Source: Escherichia coli
GTDB taxonomy: Bacteria; Pseudomonadota; Gammaproteobacteria; Enterobacterales; Enterobacteriaceae
Direction: 5' to 3' (one strand)
Assembly (NCBI RefSeq): GCF_002854065.1
Contig: NZ_CP024147.1
Length of the DNA: 64,000 nt
A program made the translations under genes and the position numbers. Shown in pieces: positions 10,544 to 20,475 of this stretch; positions within the stretch are counted from its first letter, which is position 1; every line of letters starts with the position of its first letter. The notes below the pieces were generated by a model. It worked only from the letters and a program-made list of their open reading frames with translations. It was not told where the DNA came from and did not search any database.

Positions 10544-12139
10544 ATGAAACCTGTAAAACCACCTCGTATTAATGGACGAGTGCCGGTCCTGTCGGCACAG
10601 GAAGCGGTGAATTATATTCCCGACGAAGCAACACTTTGTGTGTTAGGCGCTGGCGGCGGTATTCTGGAAGCCACCACGTTAATTACTGCTCTTGCTGATA
10701 AATATAAACAGACTCAAACGCCACGTAATTTATCGATTATTAGTCCAACAGGGCTTGGCGATCGCGCCGACCGTGGTATTAGTCCGCTGGCGCAAGAAGG
10801 TCTGGTTAAATGGGCATTATGCGGTCACTGGGGACAATCGCCGCGTATTTCTGATCTCGCAGAACAAAATAAAATTATTGCTTATAACTATCCACAAGGT
10901 GTACTTACACAAACCTTACGCGCCGCCGCAGCCCACCAGCCTGGTATTATTAGTGATATTGGCATCGGGACATTTGTCGATCCACGCCAGCAAGGCGGCA
11001 AACTGAATGAAGTCACTAAAGAAGACCTGATTAAACTGGTCGAGTTTGATAACAAAGAATATCTCTATTACAAAGCGATTGCGCCAGATATCGCCTTCAT
11101 TCGCGCTACCACCTGCGACAGCGAAGGCTACGCCACTTTTGAAGATGAGGTGATGTATCTCGACGCATTGGTTATTGCCCAGGCGGTGCACAATAACGGC
11201 GGTATTGTGATGATGCAGGTGCAGAAAATGGTTAAGAAAGCCACGCTGCATCCTAAATCTGTCCGTATTCCGGGTTATCTGGTGGATATTGTGGTGGTCG
11301 ATCCGGATCAAACCCAACTGTATGGCGGTGCACCGGTTAACCGCTTTATTTCTGGTGACTTCACCCTTGATGACAGTACCAAACTTAGCCTGCCCCTAAA
11401 CCAACGTAAATTAGTTGCGCGGCGCGCATTATTCGAAATGCGTAAAGGCGCGGTGGGGAATGTCGGCGTCGGTATTGCTGACGGCATTGGCCTGGTCGCT
11501 CGGGAAGAAGGTTGTGCTGATGACTTTATTCTGACGGTAGAAACAGGTCCGATTGGCGGAATTACTTCACAGGGTATCGCCTTTGGCGCGAACGTGAATA
11601 CCCGCGCCATTCTGGATATGACGTCCCAGTTTGATTTTTATCACGGTGGTGGTCTGGATGTTTGTTATTTGAGTTTTGCTGAAGTCGACCAGCACGGTAA
11701 CGTCGGTGTGCATAAATTCAATGGTAAAATCATGGGCACTGGTGGATTTATTGATATCAGTGCCACTTCGAAGAAAATCGTTTTCTGCGGCACATTAACT
11801 GCGGGCAGTTTAAACACAGAAATTACCGACGGCAAATTAAATATCGTCCAGGAAGGACGGGTGAAGAAATTTATTCGGGAACTACCGGAAATTACTTTCA
11901 GCGGAAAAATCGCTCTCGAGCGAGGGCTGGATGTTCGTTATATCACTGAGCGCGCAGTATTCACGCTGAAAGAAGACGGCCTGCATTTAATCGAAATCGC
12001 CCCTGGCGTCGATTTACAAAAAGATATTCTCGACAAAATGGATTTCACCCCAGTAATTTCGCCAGAACTCAAACTGATGGACGAAAGATTATTTATCGAT
12101 GCGGCGATGGGTTTTGTCCTGCCTGAAGCGGCTCATTAA
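10544..12139 (+). CDS. ydiF: family I CoA-transferase (acetate/short-chain acyl-CoA transferase, fused alpha/beta)
   Basis: 531-aa ORF; synteny. Confidence 0.9.
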   Translation: MKPVKPPRINGRVPVLSAQEAVNYIPDEATLCVLGAGGGILEATTLITALADKYKQTQTPRNLSIISPTGLGDRADRGISPLAQEGLVKWALCGHWGQSPRISDLAEQNKIIAYNYPQGVLTQTLRAAAAHQPGIISDIGIGTFVDPRQQGGKLNEVTKEDLIKLVEFDNKEYLYYKAIAPDIAFIRATTCDSEGYATFEDEVMYLDALVIAQAVHNNGGIVMMQVQKMVKKATLHPKSVRIPGYLVDIVVVDPDQTQLYGGAPVNRFISGDFTLDDSTKLSLPLNQRKLVARRALFEMRKGAVGNVGVGIADGIGLVAREEGCADDFILTVETGPIGGITSQGIAFGANVNTRAILDMTSQFDFYHGGGLDVCYLSFAEVDQHGNVGVHKFNGKIMGTGGFIDISATSKKIVFCGTLTAGSLNTEITDGKLNIVQEGRVKKFIRELPEITFSGKIALERGLDVRYITERAVFTLKEDGLHLIEIAPGVDLQKDILDKMDFTPVISPELKLMDERLFIDAAMGFVLPEAAH

Positions 12140-12152
12140 CAGGAGTATCACG

Positions 12153-13304
12153 ATGGATTTTTCTTTAACTGAAGAACAAGAACTGCTGCTGGCCAGTATT
12201 CGCGAACTGATTACGACTAACTTTCCGGAAGAGTATTTCCGCACCTGCGATCAAAACGGGACATACCCGCGTGAATTTATGCGGGCACTGGCGGATAACG
12301 GTATTTCCATGCTTGGCGTGCCGGAAGAATTTGGTGGTATCCCTGCGGATTACGTCACCCAGATGCTGGCGCTGATGGAAGTGTCAAAATGCGGTGCTCC
12401 GGCATTTTTGATCACCAACGGTCAATGTATTCACAGTATGCGCCGTTTCGGTTCTGCAGAGCAGCTACGTAAAACGGCAGAAAGCACCCTGGAAACCGGC
12501 GACCCCGCCTATGCCCTGGCGTTGACGGAACCAGGTGCTGGCTCAGATAACAACAGCGCCACTACCACTTACACGCGTAAAAACGGCAAGGTTTACATCA
12601 ACGGACAGAAAACTTTTATTACCGGTGCGAAAGAGTACCCGTATATGCTGGTGCTGGCGCGCGATCCTGAACCGAAAGATCCCAAAAAAGCCTTCACCCT
12701 GTGGTGGGTCGACTCCAGTAAGCCCGGCATTAAGATTAACCCGCTGCATAAAATCGGCTGGCATATGCTCAGCACCTGCGAAGTCTATCTCGACAACGTG
12801 GAAGTTGAAGAGAGCGACATGGTGGGCGAAGAAGGAATGGGTTTCCTCAATGTGATGTACAACTTTGAGATGGAGCGCCTGATCAACGCCGCGCGCAGCA
12901 CCGGCTTTGCCGAGTGTGCCTTTGAAGATGCCGCCCGCTATGCCAACCAACGTATCGCTTTTGGTAAACCCATTGGTCATAACCAGATGATCCAGGAAAA
13001 ACTGGCGCTGATGGCGATTAAGATCGACAACATGCGCAACATGGTGCTGAAAGTAGCATGGCAAGCCGATCAGCATCAGTCACTGCGCACCAGCGCGGCG
13101 CTGGCAAAACTGTATTGCGCACGTACCGCAATGGAAGTCATTGATGATGCGATTCAAATCATGGGCGGTCTGGGCTATACCGATGAAGCGCGCGTCTCCC
13201 GCTTCTGGCGTGATGTCCGTTGTGAACGTATTGGCGGCGGTACAGACGAAATTATGATTTACGTAGCAGGTCGGCAAATCCTGAAAGACTATCAGAACAA
13301 ATAA
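12153..13304 (+). CDS. ydiO: acyl-CoA dehydrogenase family protein (383 aa)
   Basis: Track ORF 12099..13304 trimmed to ATG at 12153 (MDFSLTEEQ...) with AGGAG RBS. Confidence 0.9.
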   Translation: MDFSLTEEQELLLASIRELITTNFPEEYFRTCDQNGTYPREFMRALADNGISMLGVPEEFGGIPADYVTQMLALMEVSKCGAPAFLITNGQCIHSMRRFGSAEQLRKTAESTLETGDPAYALALTEPGAGSDNNSATTTYTRKNGKVYINGQKTFITGAKEYPYMLVLARDPEPKDPKKAFTLWWVDSSKPGIKINPLHKIGWHMLSTCEVYLDNVEVEESDMVGEEGMGFLNVMYNFEMERLINAARSTGFAECAFEDAARYANQRIAFGKPIGHNQMIQEKLALMAIKIDNMRNMVLKVAWQADQHQSLRTSAALAKLYCARTAMEVIDDAIQIMGGLGYTDEARVSRFWRDVRCERIGGGTDEIMIYVAGRQILKDYQNK

Positions 13305-13346
13305 TCTGCAGGCGGCGCAGCTTCTTAACAAACTGCGCCGCCAGAT

Positions 13347-14258
13347 TTACCCGGCAAGACTTACCGGTTGAGGAAATTCAGATAAGATTTCTTGTTCCGC
13401 AAAACAGTTTTTAAATTGCCTGCGGTAATCGCTGGGCGAACAACCGACATGGCGCAAAAACAGTTTGGCAAAGTGATCGACATTTTCATAACCCACACGC
13501 CAGGAGATCTCTGCCTGTGATAATTCAGTATTAGTGAGTAACCATTTCGCTTCCGTCATACGCCGTTGAATAACATAGTTAATAGGGGAAATACGATACT
13601 CTTTGGTAAATTCATGGCAAATATAACTGACGCTGGCACGAAATTTTTTCGATAACTGTTCTAAAGTGATTTTTTCGCGATAATTATTATTTAGATAGAA
13701 AAGAATATCTTTTATCAGAACATCTTTTTTAATATACCCCTGCTCCGAACGATAAGCATTTTTAAAGTTTTCGTAGTAAAGAATTGCTAATGTATAGGCA
13801 AATGCATCCCATAACGAAGATGTTTGGCTATTTTTACTTTGCGGCAAAATCACACTTAGCTCATTAAATAAGGTTTTAATGACTTCTTTTCCCTGCCCCG
13901 CGGCAATTACCGGACAAGAATGCGGTTGCAGTAGATGATTTTCCTCAGCCCCCTGAAACTGAAAGCCGTACAGCGCACAGGTACACGTCGTTGCCGGATC
14001 GTTAACGTCAGAGGCCACCGCATGCAGCCTGCCGCGTTCTATCACCACTATATCATCTGCATGCGCGACATATAACGAAGAATCGATGGTAAACCTTGCC
14101 ACCCCTTTCTTGACGTAAATCAGCTCGGTTTCATTGTCATGAACGTGATGTCCAGACTCCCATTTTGGATCATCGCTAAATGCAAAACGTGAAAGCCGTG
14201 GCGTTTTACCAGCGACAAACAGCGTTTCACTGGCATTATCAAAACAGCGTTGATACAT
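13347..14258 (-). CDS. ydiP: AraC/XylS-family transcriptional regulator
   Basis: 303-aa ORF with C-terminal AraC-type HTH; AT-rich. Confidence 0.85.
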   Translation of the reverse strand: MYQRCFDNASETLFVAGKTPRLSRFAFSDDPKWESGHHVHDNETELIYVKKGVARFTIDSSLYVAHADDIVVIERGRLHAVASDVNDPATTCTCALYGFQFQGAEENHLLQPHSCPVIAAGQGKEVIKTLFNELSVILPQSKNSQTSSLWDAFAYTLAILYYENFKNAYRSEQGYIKKDVLIKDILFYLNNNYREKITLEQLSKKFRASVSYICHEFTKEYRISPINYVIQRRMTEAKWLLTNTELSQAEISWRVGYENVDHFAKLFLRHVGCSPSDYRRQFKNCFAEQEILSEFPQPVSLAG

Positions 14259-14573
14259 GACAACCTCCCTATTCCATGAGCAAGCAAAAACAATATATGC
14301 CGGATAAAATACGGCGTGTATTGCGGTTATACAACCGCGTTTAGCGAGAGCTAAACAAGATTATTTACACTGAATGCAAGATTGTACGGTCATGGAATAA
14401 CTATATTGCCGCAAATTGCACTTTTGTTTTAGCGATCGCATTTTTTTTGCAAGATTGTTGGCAAGGAAAACAGCTTGCTCCGTCGAAAACCCCGCACCGC
14501 TATCGCACACTATTTTCAGGCCATTTTTACCTTCCATCGGAGATGGTTCCGTATGCGACTCACAGGAGAAATC

Positions 14574-15338
14574 ATGAAAATAATAACCTGCTTTAAGCTG
14601 GTGCCTGAAGAACAGGACATTGTTGTCACTCCAGAATACACCCTGAATTTCGACAATGCCGACGCCAAAATCAGCCAGTTCGATCTCAATGCCATTGAAG
14701 CTGCAAGCCAGCTTGCAACAGATGACGATGAGATAGCCGCGCTGACCGTTGGCGGCTCATTGTTGCAGAACTCGAAAGTGCGCAAAGACGTGCTATCCCG
14801 CGGGCCGCACAGCCTGTATATGGTGCAGGATGCACAACTTGAGCATGCACTGCCTCTCGATACCGCAAAAGCGCTGGCGGCAGCAGTTGAAAAGATCGGC
14901 TTCGATTTACTGATCTTTGGTGAAGGTTCCGGCGACCTTTATGCCCAGCAGGTTGGCTTGCTGGTCGGAGAAATTCTGCAACTTCCGGTGATTAATGCAG
15001 TGAGTGCTATTCAGCGTCAGGGCAATACACTGGTGATTGAACGCACGCTTGAAGATGACGTTGAAGTTATTGAACTCTCTGTTCCAGCCGTGCTCTGCGT
15101 CACCTCCGATATTAACGTGCCACGCATTCCTTCGATGAAAGCCATTCTCGGCGCGGGTAAAAAACCGGTAAATCAGTGGCAGGCAAGTGATATTGGCTGG
15201 AGCCAGAGCGCACCACTTGCTGAACTGACCGGCATTCGCGTACCGCCGCAAACAGAACGTAAGCACATCATTCTCGATAACGATTCGCCGGAGGCCATTG
15301 CCGAGCTGGCGGAACATCTGAAGAAAGCCCTGAACTGA
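14574..15338 (+). CDS. ydiQ: electron transfer flavoprotein beta subunit (FixA-like)
   Basis: Track ORF 14475..15338 trimmed to ATG 14574 (MKIITCFKLVPE...) with AGGAG RBS; 254 aa. Confidence 0.9.
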   Translation: MKIITCFKLVPEEQDIVVTPEYTLNFDNADAKISQFDLNAIEAASQLATDDDEIAALTVGGSLLQNSKVRKDVLSRGPHSLYMVQDAQLEHALPLDTAKALAAAVEKIGFDLLIFGEGSGDLYAQQVGLLVGEILQLPVINAVSAIQRQGNTLVIERTLEDDVEVIELSVPAVLCVTSDINVPRIPSMKAILGAGKKPVNQWQASDIGWSQSAPLAELTGIRVPPQTERKHIILDNDSPEAIAELAEHLKKALN

Positions 15339-15357
15339 AGCCTACGGAGAAGAAACG

Positions 15358-16296
15358 ATGAGTCAATTAAACAGCGTCTGGGTCTTTAGCGATAATCCTG
15401 AACGTTATGCTGAACTGTTTGGCGGCGCTCAGCAATGGGGCCAACAGGTGTATGCCATTGTACAAAATACCGACCAGGTGCAGACAGTTATGCCTTATGG
15501 TCCAAAATGTATTTATGTTCTTGAGCAAAACGACGCGCTGCAACGCACTGAAAATTACGCCGAAAGCATTGCTGCTCTGCTGAAAGATAAACACCCCGCT
15601 ATGTTGCTACTGGCCGCGACGAAACGTGGTAAAGCTCCGGCAGCACGGTTAAGTGTGCAACTGAATGCGGCGCTGGTGAACGATGCCACGGCGGTGGATA
15701 TTGTCGATGGTCACATTTGCGCCGAACACCGGATGTATGGCGGGTTAGCGTTCGCTCAGGAAAAGATCAACAGCTCGCTAGCGATCATTACCCTTGCACC
15801 CGGTGTTCAGGAACCGTGCACCAGTGATACCTCTCATCAGTGCCCGACAGAAACGGTACCTTATGTTGCTCCGCGTCATGAAATTCTCTGTCGCGAGCGC
15901 CGTGCGAAAGCGGCAAGCAGCGTGGACCTGAGCAAAGCAAAACGTGTGGTTGGCGTCGGTCGTGGTCTGGCAGCGCAGGATGACCTGAAAATGGTCCACG
16001 AACTGGCGGCGGTGCTGAATGCTGAAGTCGGCTGTTCACGTCCAATTGCCGAAGGCGAGAACTGGATGGAGCGTGAACGTTATATCGGTGTCTCCGGCGT
16101 GTTGCTGAAATCCGATCTCTACCTGACGCTGGGGATCTCCGGGCAGATCCAACATATGGTTGGCGGCAACGGCGCAAAAGTGATTGTCGCCATCAATAAA
16201 GATAAAAATGCGCCAATCTTCAACTATGCCGACTACGGTCTGGTGGGCGATATCTACAAAGTCGTCCCTACCCTGATTAGCCAGTTGAGCCGCTAA
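15358..16296 (+). CDS. ydiR: electron transfer flavoprotein alpha subunit (FixB-like)
   Basis: 312-aa ORF. Confidence 0.9.
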   Translation: MSQLNSVWVFSDNPERYAELFGGAQQWGQQVYAIVQNTDQVQTVMPYGPKCIYVLEQNDALQRTENYAESIAALLKDKHPAMLLLAATKRGKAPAARLSVQLNAALVNDATAVDIVDGHICAEHRMYGGLAFAQEKINSSLAIITLAPGVQEPCTSDTSHQCPTETVPYVAPRHEILCRERRAKAASSVDLSKAKRVVGVGRGLAAQDDLKMVHELAAVLNAEVGCSRPIAEGENWMERERYIGVSGVLLKSDLYLTLGISGQIQHMVGGNGAKVIVAINKDKNAPIFNYADYGLVGDIYKVVPTLISQLSR

Positions 16297-16351
16297 TTCC
16301 CCTTTCAACCACATCTCCCGCTGTAAACGCAGCGGGAAGGGAGCATAACGC

Positions 16352-17641
16352 ATGTCGGATGACAAATTTGATGCCATTGTGGTCGGTGCGGGCGTTGCTG
16401 GTAGCGTTGCCGCACTGGTCATGGCACGAGCCGGGCTGGATGTCCTGGTGATAGAACGCGGCGACAGTGCCGGATGTAAAAACATGACCGGCGGGCGTCT
16501 TTATGCCCACACACTTGAAGAGATTATTCCAGGCTTTGCAGCATCAGCGCCGGTAGAACGCAAGGTCACACGCGAGAAAATCTCCTTCTTAACCGAAGAG
16601 AGCGCCGTTACCCTCGATTTTCACCGCGAGCAACCAGATGTTCCGCAACACGCATCTTATACCGTATTGCGTAATCGTCTGGACCCGTGGTTGATGGAAC
16701 ATGCCGAGCAGGCGGGCGCACAGTTTATCCCGGGAGTTCGCGTCGATGCGCTGGTTCGTGAAGGAAACAAGGTCACTGGCGTCCAGGCTGGGGATGATAT
16801 TCTCGAAGCGAATGTGGTGATTCTGGCTGATGGCGTTAACTCGATGCTTGGCCGTTCGCTGGGAATGGTTCCCGCTTCCGATCCGCATCATTACGCTGTT
16901 GGTGTTAAAGAGGTTATTGGCCTCACACCAGAACAGATCAACGATCGCTTTAATATTACGGGCGAGGAAGGTGCCGCCTGGCTGTTTGCCGGTTCCCCTT
17001 CTGACGGCCTGATGGGTGGCGGATTCCTCTATACCAATAAGGATTCCATATCGTTGGGGCTGGTTTGTGGATTGGGTGATATCGCCCATGCGCAAAAAAG
17101 CGTGCCGCAAATGCTGGAAGATTTTAAACAACACCCCGCCATTCGCCCGCTGATTAGCGGCGGCAAGTTGCTTGAATATTCCGCGCATATGGTGCCGGAA
17201 GGCGGTCTGGCAATGGTGCCGCAACTGGTTAACGAGGGCGTGATGATCGTTGGTGACGCCGCAGGCTTCTGCCTGAATTTGGGTTTTACGGTCCGCGGCA
17301 TGGATTTAGCCATTGCATCGGCTCAGGCTGCCGCCACAACGGTGATCGCCGCCAAAGAACGCGCGGATTTCTCCGCCAGCAGTCTTGCGCAATACAAACG
17401 TGAGCTGGAACAAAGTTGTGTTATGCGCGATATGCAGCATTTTCGCAAGATCCCGACGCTGATGGAAAATCCGCGCCTGTTTAGTCAGTATCCGCGCATG
17501 GTCGCCGACATCATGAACGATATGTTCACCATTGACGGCAAACCAAACCAGCCGGTACGCAAAATGATCATGGGACACGCGAAGAAAATTGGGCTGATCA
17601 ACTTGCTGAAAGATGGCATTAAGGGAGCAACCGCGCTATGA
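16352..17641 (+). CDS. ydiS: FAD-dependent oxidoreductase, ETF-quinone oxidoreductase-like (FixC-like)
   Basis: 429-aa ORF with N-terminal GxGxxG dinucleotide motif (VVGAGVAGS). Confidence 0.9.
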   Translation: MSDDKFDAIVVGAGVAGSVAALVMARAGLDVLVIERGDSAGCKNMTGGRLYAHTLEEIIPGFAASAPVERKVTREKISFLTEESAVTLDFHREQPDVPQHASYTVLRNRLDPWLMEHAEQAGAQFIPGVRVDALVREGNKVTGVQAGDDILEANVVILADGVNSMLGRSLGMVPASDPHHYAVGVKEVIGLTPEQINDRFNITGEEGAAWLFAGSPSDGLMGGGFLYTNKDSISLGLVCGLGDIAHAQKSVPQMLEDFKQHPAIRPLISGGKLLEYSAHMVPEGGLAMVPQLVNEGVMIVGDAAGFCLNLGFTVRGMDLAIASAQAAATTVIAAKERADFSASSLAQYKRELEQSCVMRDMQHFRKIPTLMENPRLFSQYPRMVADIMNDMFTIDGKPNQPVRKMIMGHAKKIGLINLLKDGIKGATAL

Positions 17642-17931
17642 GCCAGAACGCTACGGTTAACGTCGACATCAAATTAGGCGTCAATAAATTCCATGTTGAT
17701 GAGGGCCACCCGCATATCATTTTGGCGGCAAATCCCGATATCAATGAATTCCGTAAATTAATGAAAGCCTGCCCTGCCGGACTTTATAAGCAGGATGATG
17801 CCGGCAACATTCATTTTGATTCCGCCGGTTGTCTGGAGTGCGGCACCTGTCGGGTGCTGTGCGGTAACACTATTCTCGAACAGTGGCAATATCCCGCAGG
17901 CACCTTCGGTATTGATTTTCGCTACGGCTAA
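17638..17931 (+). CDS. ydiT: ferredoxin-like protein (FixX-like)
   Basis: 97-aa ORF with Cys-rich C-terminus; 4-bp overlap with ydiS. Confidence 0.85.
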   Translation: MSQNATVNVDIKLGVNKFHVDEGHPHIILAANPDINEFRKLMKACPAGLYKQDDAGNIHFDSAGCLECGTCRVLCGNTILEQWQYPAGTFGIDFRYG

Positions 17932-17933
17932 TC

Positions 17934-19262
17934 ATGCATCCCACAGGCCCGCATCTCGGGCCTGATGTTCTGTTTCGAGAGTCCAAAATGAAAGTGACAT
18001 TAACGTTTAACGAACAACGTCGTGCGGCGTATCGTCAGCAAGGGCTATGGGGCGATGCTTCGCTGGCCGATTACTGGCAGCAGACCGCTCGTGCGATGCC
18101 AGACAAAATTGCCGTGGTCGATAATCATGGAGCATCGTACACCTATAGCGCGCTCGATCACGCCGCGAGCTGTCTGGCAAACTGGATGTTAGCGAAGGGT
18201 ATTGAATCAGGCGATCGCATCGCATTTCAACTGCCAGGCTGGTGTGAATTTACCGTTATCTATCTTGCCTGCCTGAAAATCGGTGCGGTTTCCGTACCGC
18301 TGTTGCCTTCCTGGCGGGAAGCAGAACTGGTATGGGTGCTTAATAAGTGTCAGGCAAAAATGTTCTTTGCACCGACGTTGTTTAAACAAACGCGTCCGGT
18401 AGATTTAATCCTGCCGCTGCAAAATCAGCTTCCACAACTACAACAAATTGTCGGCGTGGACAAACTGGCTCCCGCCACCTCTTCCCTCTCATTAAGTCAG
18501 ATTATCGCCGACAATACCCCACTGACCACGGCGATAACGACCCACGGCGATGAATTAGCCGCGGTGCTGTTTACCTCCGGAACCGAGGGCCTGCCAAAGG
18601 GCGTGATGCTTACGCATAACAATATTCTCGCCAGTGAGCGGGCTTATTGCGCGCGGCTGAATCTGACCTGGCAGGATGTCTTTATGATGCCTGCGCCACT
18701 CGGCCACGCAACGGGCTTTCTGCATGGCGTAACAGCACCATTTTTGATTGGTGCTCGCAGCGTGTTGTTAGATATTTTCACTCCTGATGCGTGTCTCGCG
18801 CTGCTTGAGCAGCAGCGTTGCACCTGTATGCTCGGCGCAACGCCGTTTGTCTATGATCTTTTGAATTTACTAGAGAAACAACCCGCAGACCTTTCAGCGC
18901 TGCGCTTCTTTCTTTGCGGCGGTACCACAATCCCCAAAAAAGTGGCGCGTGAATGCCAGCAGCGCGGCATTAAATTATTAAGTGTTTATGGTTCCACAGA
19001 AAGTTCGCCGCATGCGGTGGTGAATCTCGATGATCCTTTGTCGCGCTTTATGCACACCGATGGTTACGCTGCCGCAGGTGTAGAGATTAAAGTGGTCGAT
19101 GACGCACGCAAGACCTTACCGCCAGGTTGCGAAGGTGAAGAAGCCTCGCGTGGCCCCAATGTGTTTATGGGGTATTTTGATGAACCTGAATTAACCGCCC
19201 GAGCCCTGGATGAAGAAGGCTGGTATTACAGCGGCGATCTCTGCCGTATGGATGAAGCTGGC
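17934..19262 (+). pseudogene. fadK: 5' fragment of short-chain acyl-CoA synthetase fadK/ydiD, truncated by IS1 insertion (reading frame runs into IS1 and stops at 19287..19289)
   Basis: Track ORF 17934..19289; AMP-binding motif TSGTEGLPKG present; alternative start at 17988 (MKVTLTF). Confidence 0.85.
19254..19262. repeat. 9-bp target-site duplication (gaagctggc), left copy
   Basis: Identical 9-mer immediately flanks both IS1 ends. Confidence 0.85.
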
Positions 19263-19317
19263 GGTGATGCTGCCAACTTACTGATTTAGTGTATGATGGT
19301 GTTTTTGAGGTGCTCCA

Positions 19318-19593
19318 GTGGCTTCTGTTTCTATCAGCTGTCCCTCCTGTTCAGCTACTGACGGGGTGGTGCGTAACGGCAAAAGCACTGCCGGACATCA
19401 GCGCTATCTCTGCTCTCACTGCCGTAAAACATGGCAACTGCAGTTCACTTACACCGCTTCTCAACCCGGTACGCACCAGAAAATCATTGATATGGCCATG
19501 AATGGCGTTGGATGCCGGGCAACCGCCCGCATTATGGGCGTTGGCCTCAACACGATTTTCCGCCATTTAAAAAACTCAGGCCGCAGTCGGTAA
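19318..19593 (+). CDS. insA: IS1 InsA (transposition inhibitor / DNA-binding N-terminal part of transposase)
   Basis: 91-aa [40 protein letters not shown]...; GTG start. Confidence 0.9.
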   Translation: MASVSISCPSCSATDGVVRNGKSTAGHQRYLCSHCRKTWQLQFTYTASQPGTHQKIIDMAMNGVGCRATARIMGVGLNTIFRHLKNSGRSR

Positions 19594-20015
19594 CCTCGCG
19601 CATACAGCCGGGCAGTGACGTCATCGTCTGCGCGGAAATGGACGAACAGTGGGGATACGTCGGGGCTAAATCGCGCCAGCGCTGGCTGTTTTACGCGTAT
19701 GACAGGCTCCGGAAGACGGTTGTTGCGCACGTATTCGGTGAACGCACTATGGCGACGCTGGGGCGTCTTATGAGCCTGCTGTCACCCTTTGACGTGGTGA
19801 TATGGATGACGGATGGCTGGCCGCTGTATGAATCCCGCCTGAAGGGAAAGCTGCACGTAATCAGCAAGCGATATACGCAGCGAATTGAGCGGCATAACCT
19901 GAATCTGAGGCAGCACCTGGCACGGCTGGGACGGAAGTCGCTGTCGTTCTCAAAATCGGTGGAGCTGCATGACAAAGTCATCGGGCATTATCTGAACATA
20001 AAACACTATCAATAA
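19512..20015 (+). CDS. insB: IS1 InsB reading frame (expressed as InsAB' transposase by -1 frameshift)
   Basis: 167-aa ORF in the -1 frame relative to insA. Confidence 0.85.
   Translation: MPGNRPHYGRWPQHDFPPFKKLRPQSVTSRIQPGSDVIVCAEMDEQWGYVGAKSRQRWLFYAYDRLRKTVVAHVFGERTMATLGRLMSLLSPFDVVIWMTDGWPLYESRLKGKLHVISKRYTQRIERHNLNLRQHLARLGRKSLSFSKSVELHDKVIGHYLNIKHYQ
19569..19575 (+). other. A6C slippery motif for programmed -1 ribosomal frameshift of IS1 transposase
   Basis: ttaaaaaactc read directly in the insA/insB overlap. Confidence 0.7.
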
Positions 20016-20030
20016 GTTGGAGTCATTACC

Positions 20031-20039
20031 GAAGCTGGC
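20031..20039. repeat. 9-bp target-site duplication (gaagctggc), right copy
   Basis: Identical to 19254..19262. Confidence 0.85.
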
Positions 20040-20414
20040 TATATAAAAATAACCGGGCGCAAGAAAGATATTATTGTCCGCGGCGGCGAAAATATTAGCA
20101 GCCGTGAAGTGGAAGATATTTTATTACAGCATCCTAAAATTCACGATGCTTGTGTGGTTGCAATGCCCGATGAACGCTTAGGTGAACGTTCATGCGCTTA
20201 TGTCGTGCTGAAAGCACCGCATCATTCATTATCGCTGGAAGATGTAGTGGCTTTTTTTAGCCGTAAACGGGTCGCAAAATATAAATACCCTGAACATATC
20301 GTGGTAATCGAAAAACTACCGCGCACTGCCTCAGGTAAAATACAAAAGTTTTTGTTAAGAAAAGATATTATGCGGCGATTAACGCAGGATGTCTGTGAAG
20401 AGATTGAATAAGTT
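20040..20414 (+). pseudogene. fadK: 3' fragment of fadK/ydiD (C-terminal domain of acyl-CoA synthetase)
   Basis: In frame with the 5' fragment once IS1 and one TSD copy are removed; track ORF 20109..20411 carries the C-terminal part. Confidence 0.85.
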
Positions 20415-20436
20415 TCATCTTCGGGGGTCACATAAC

Positions 20437-20475
20437 CCCGGCGACAAAACGCCGCCGGGTATTTATTTTATTTCT
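20437..20475 (+). terminator. intrinsic terminator between convergent fadK and ppsA (stem cccggcg/cgccggg followed by T-rich tract)
   Basis: Inverted repeat plus tatttattttatttc read directly. Confidence 0.5.

Larger units (their letters stand above)
19263..20030 (+). mobile_element. IS1 insertion sequence, 768 bp, complete with terminal inverted repeats
   Basis: Left end ggtgatgctgccaacttactgat and right end atcaataagttggagtcattacc read directly; InsA and InsB ORFs present. Confidence 0.92.

Noticed and set aside
19289-19501. 70-aa ORF inside IS1
   Set aside because: Lies within the IS1 insA region in another frame; not a known IS1 product.
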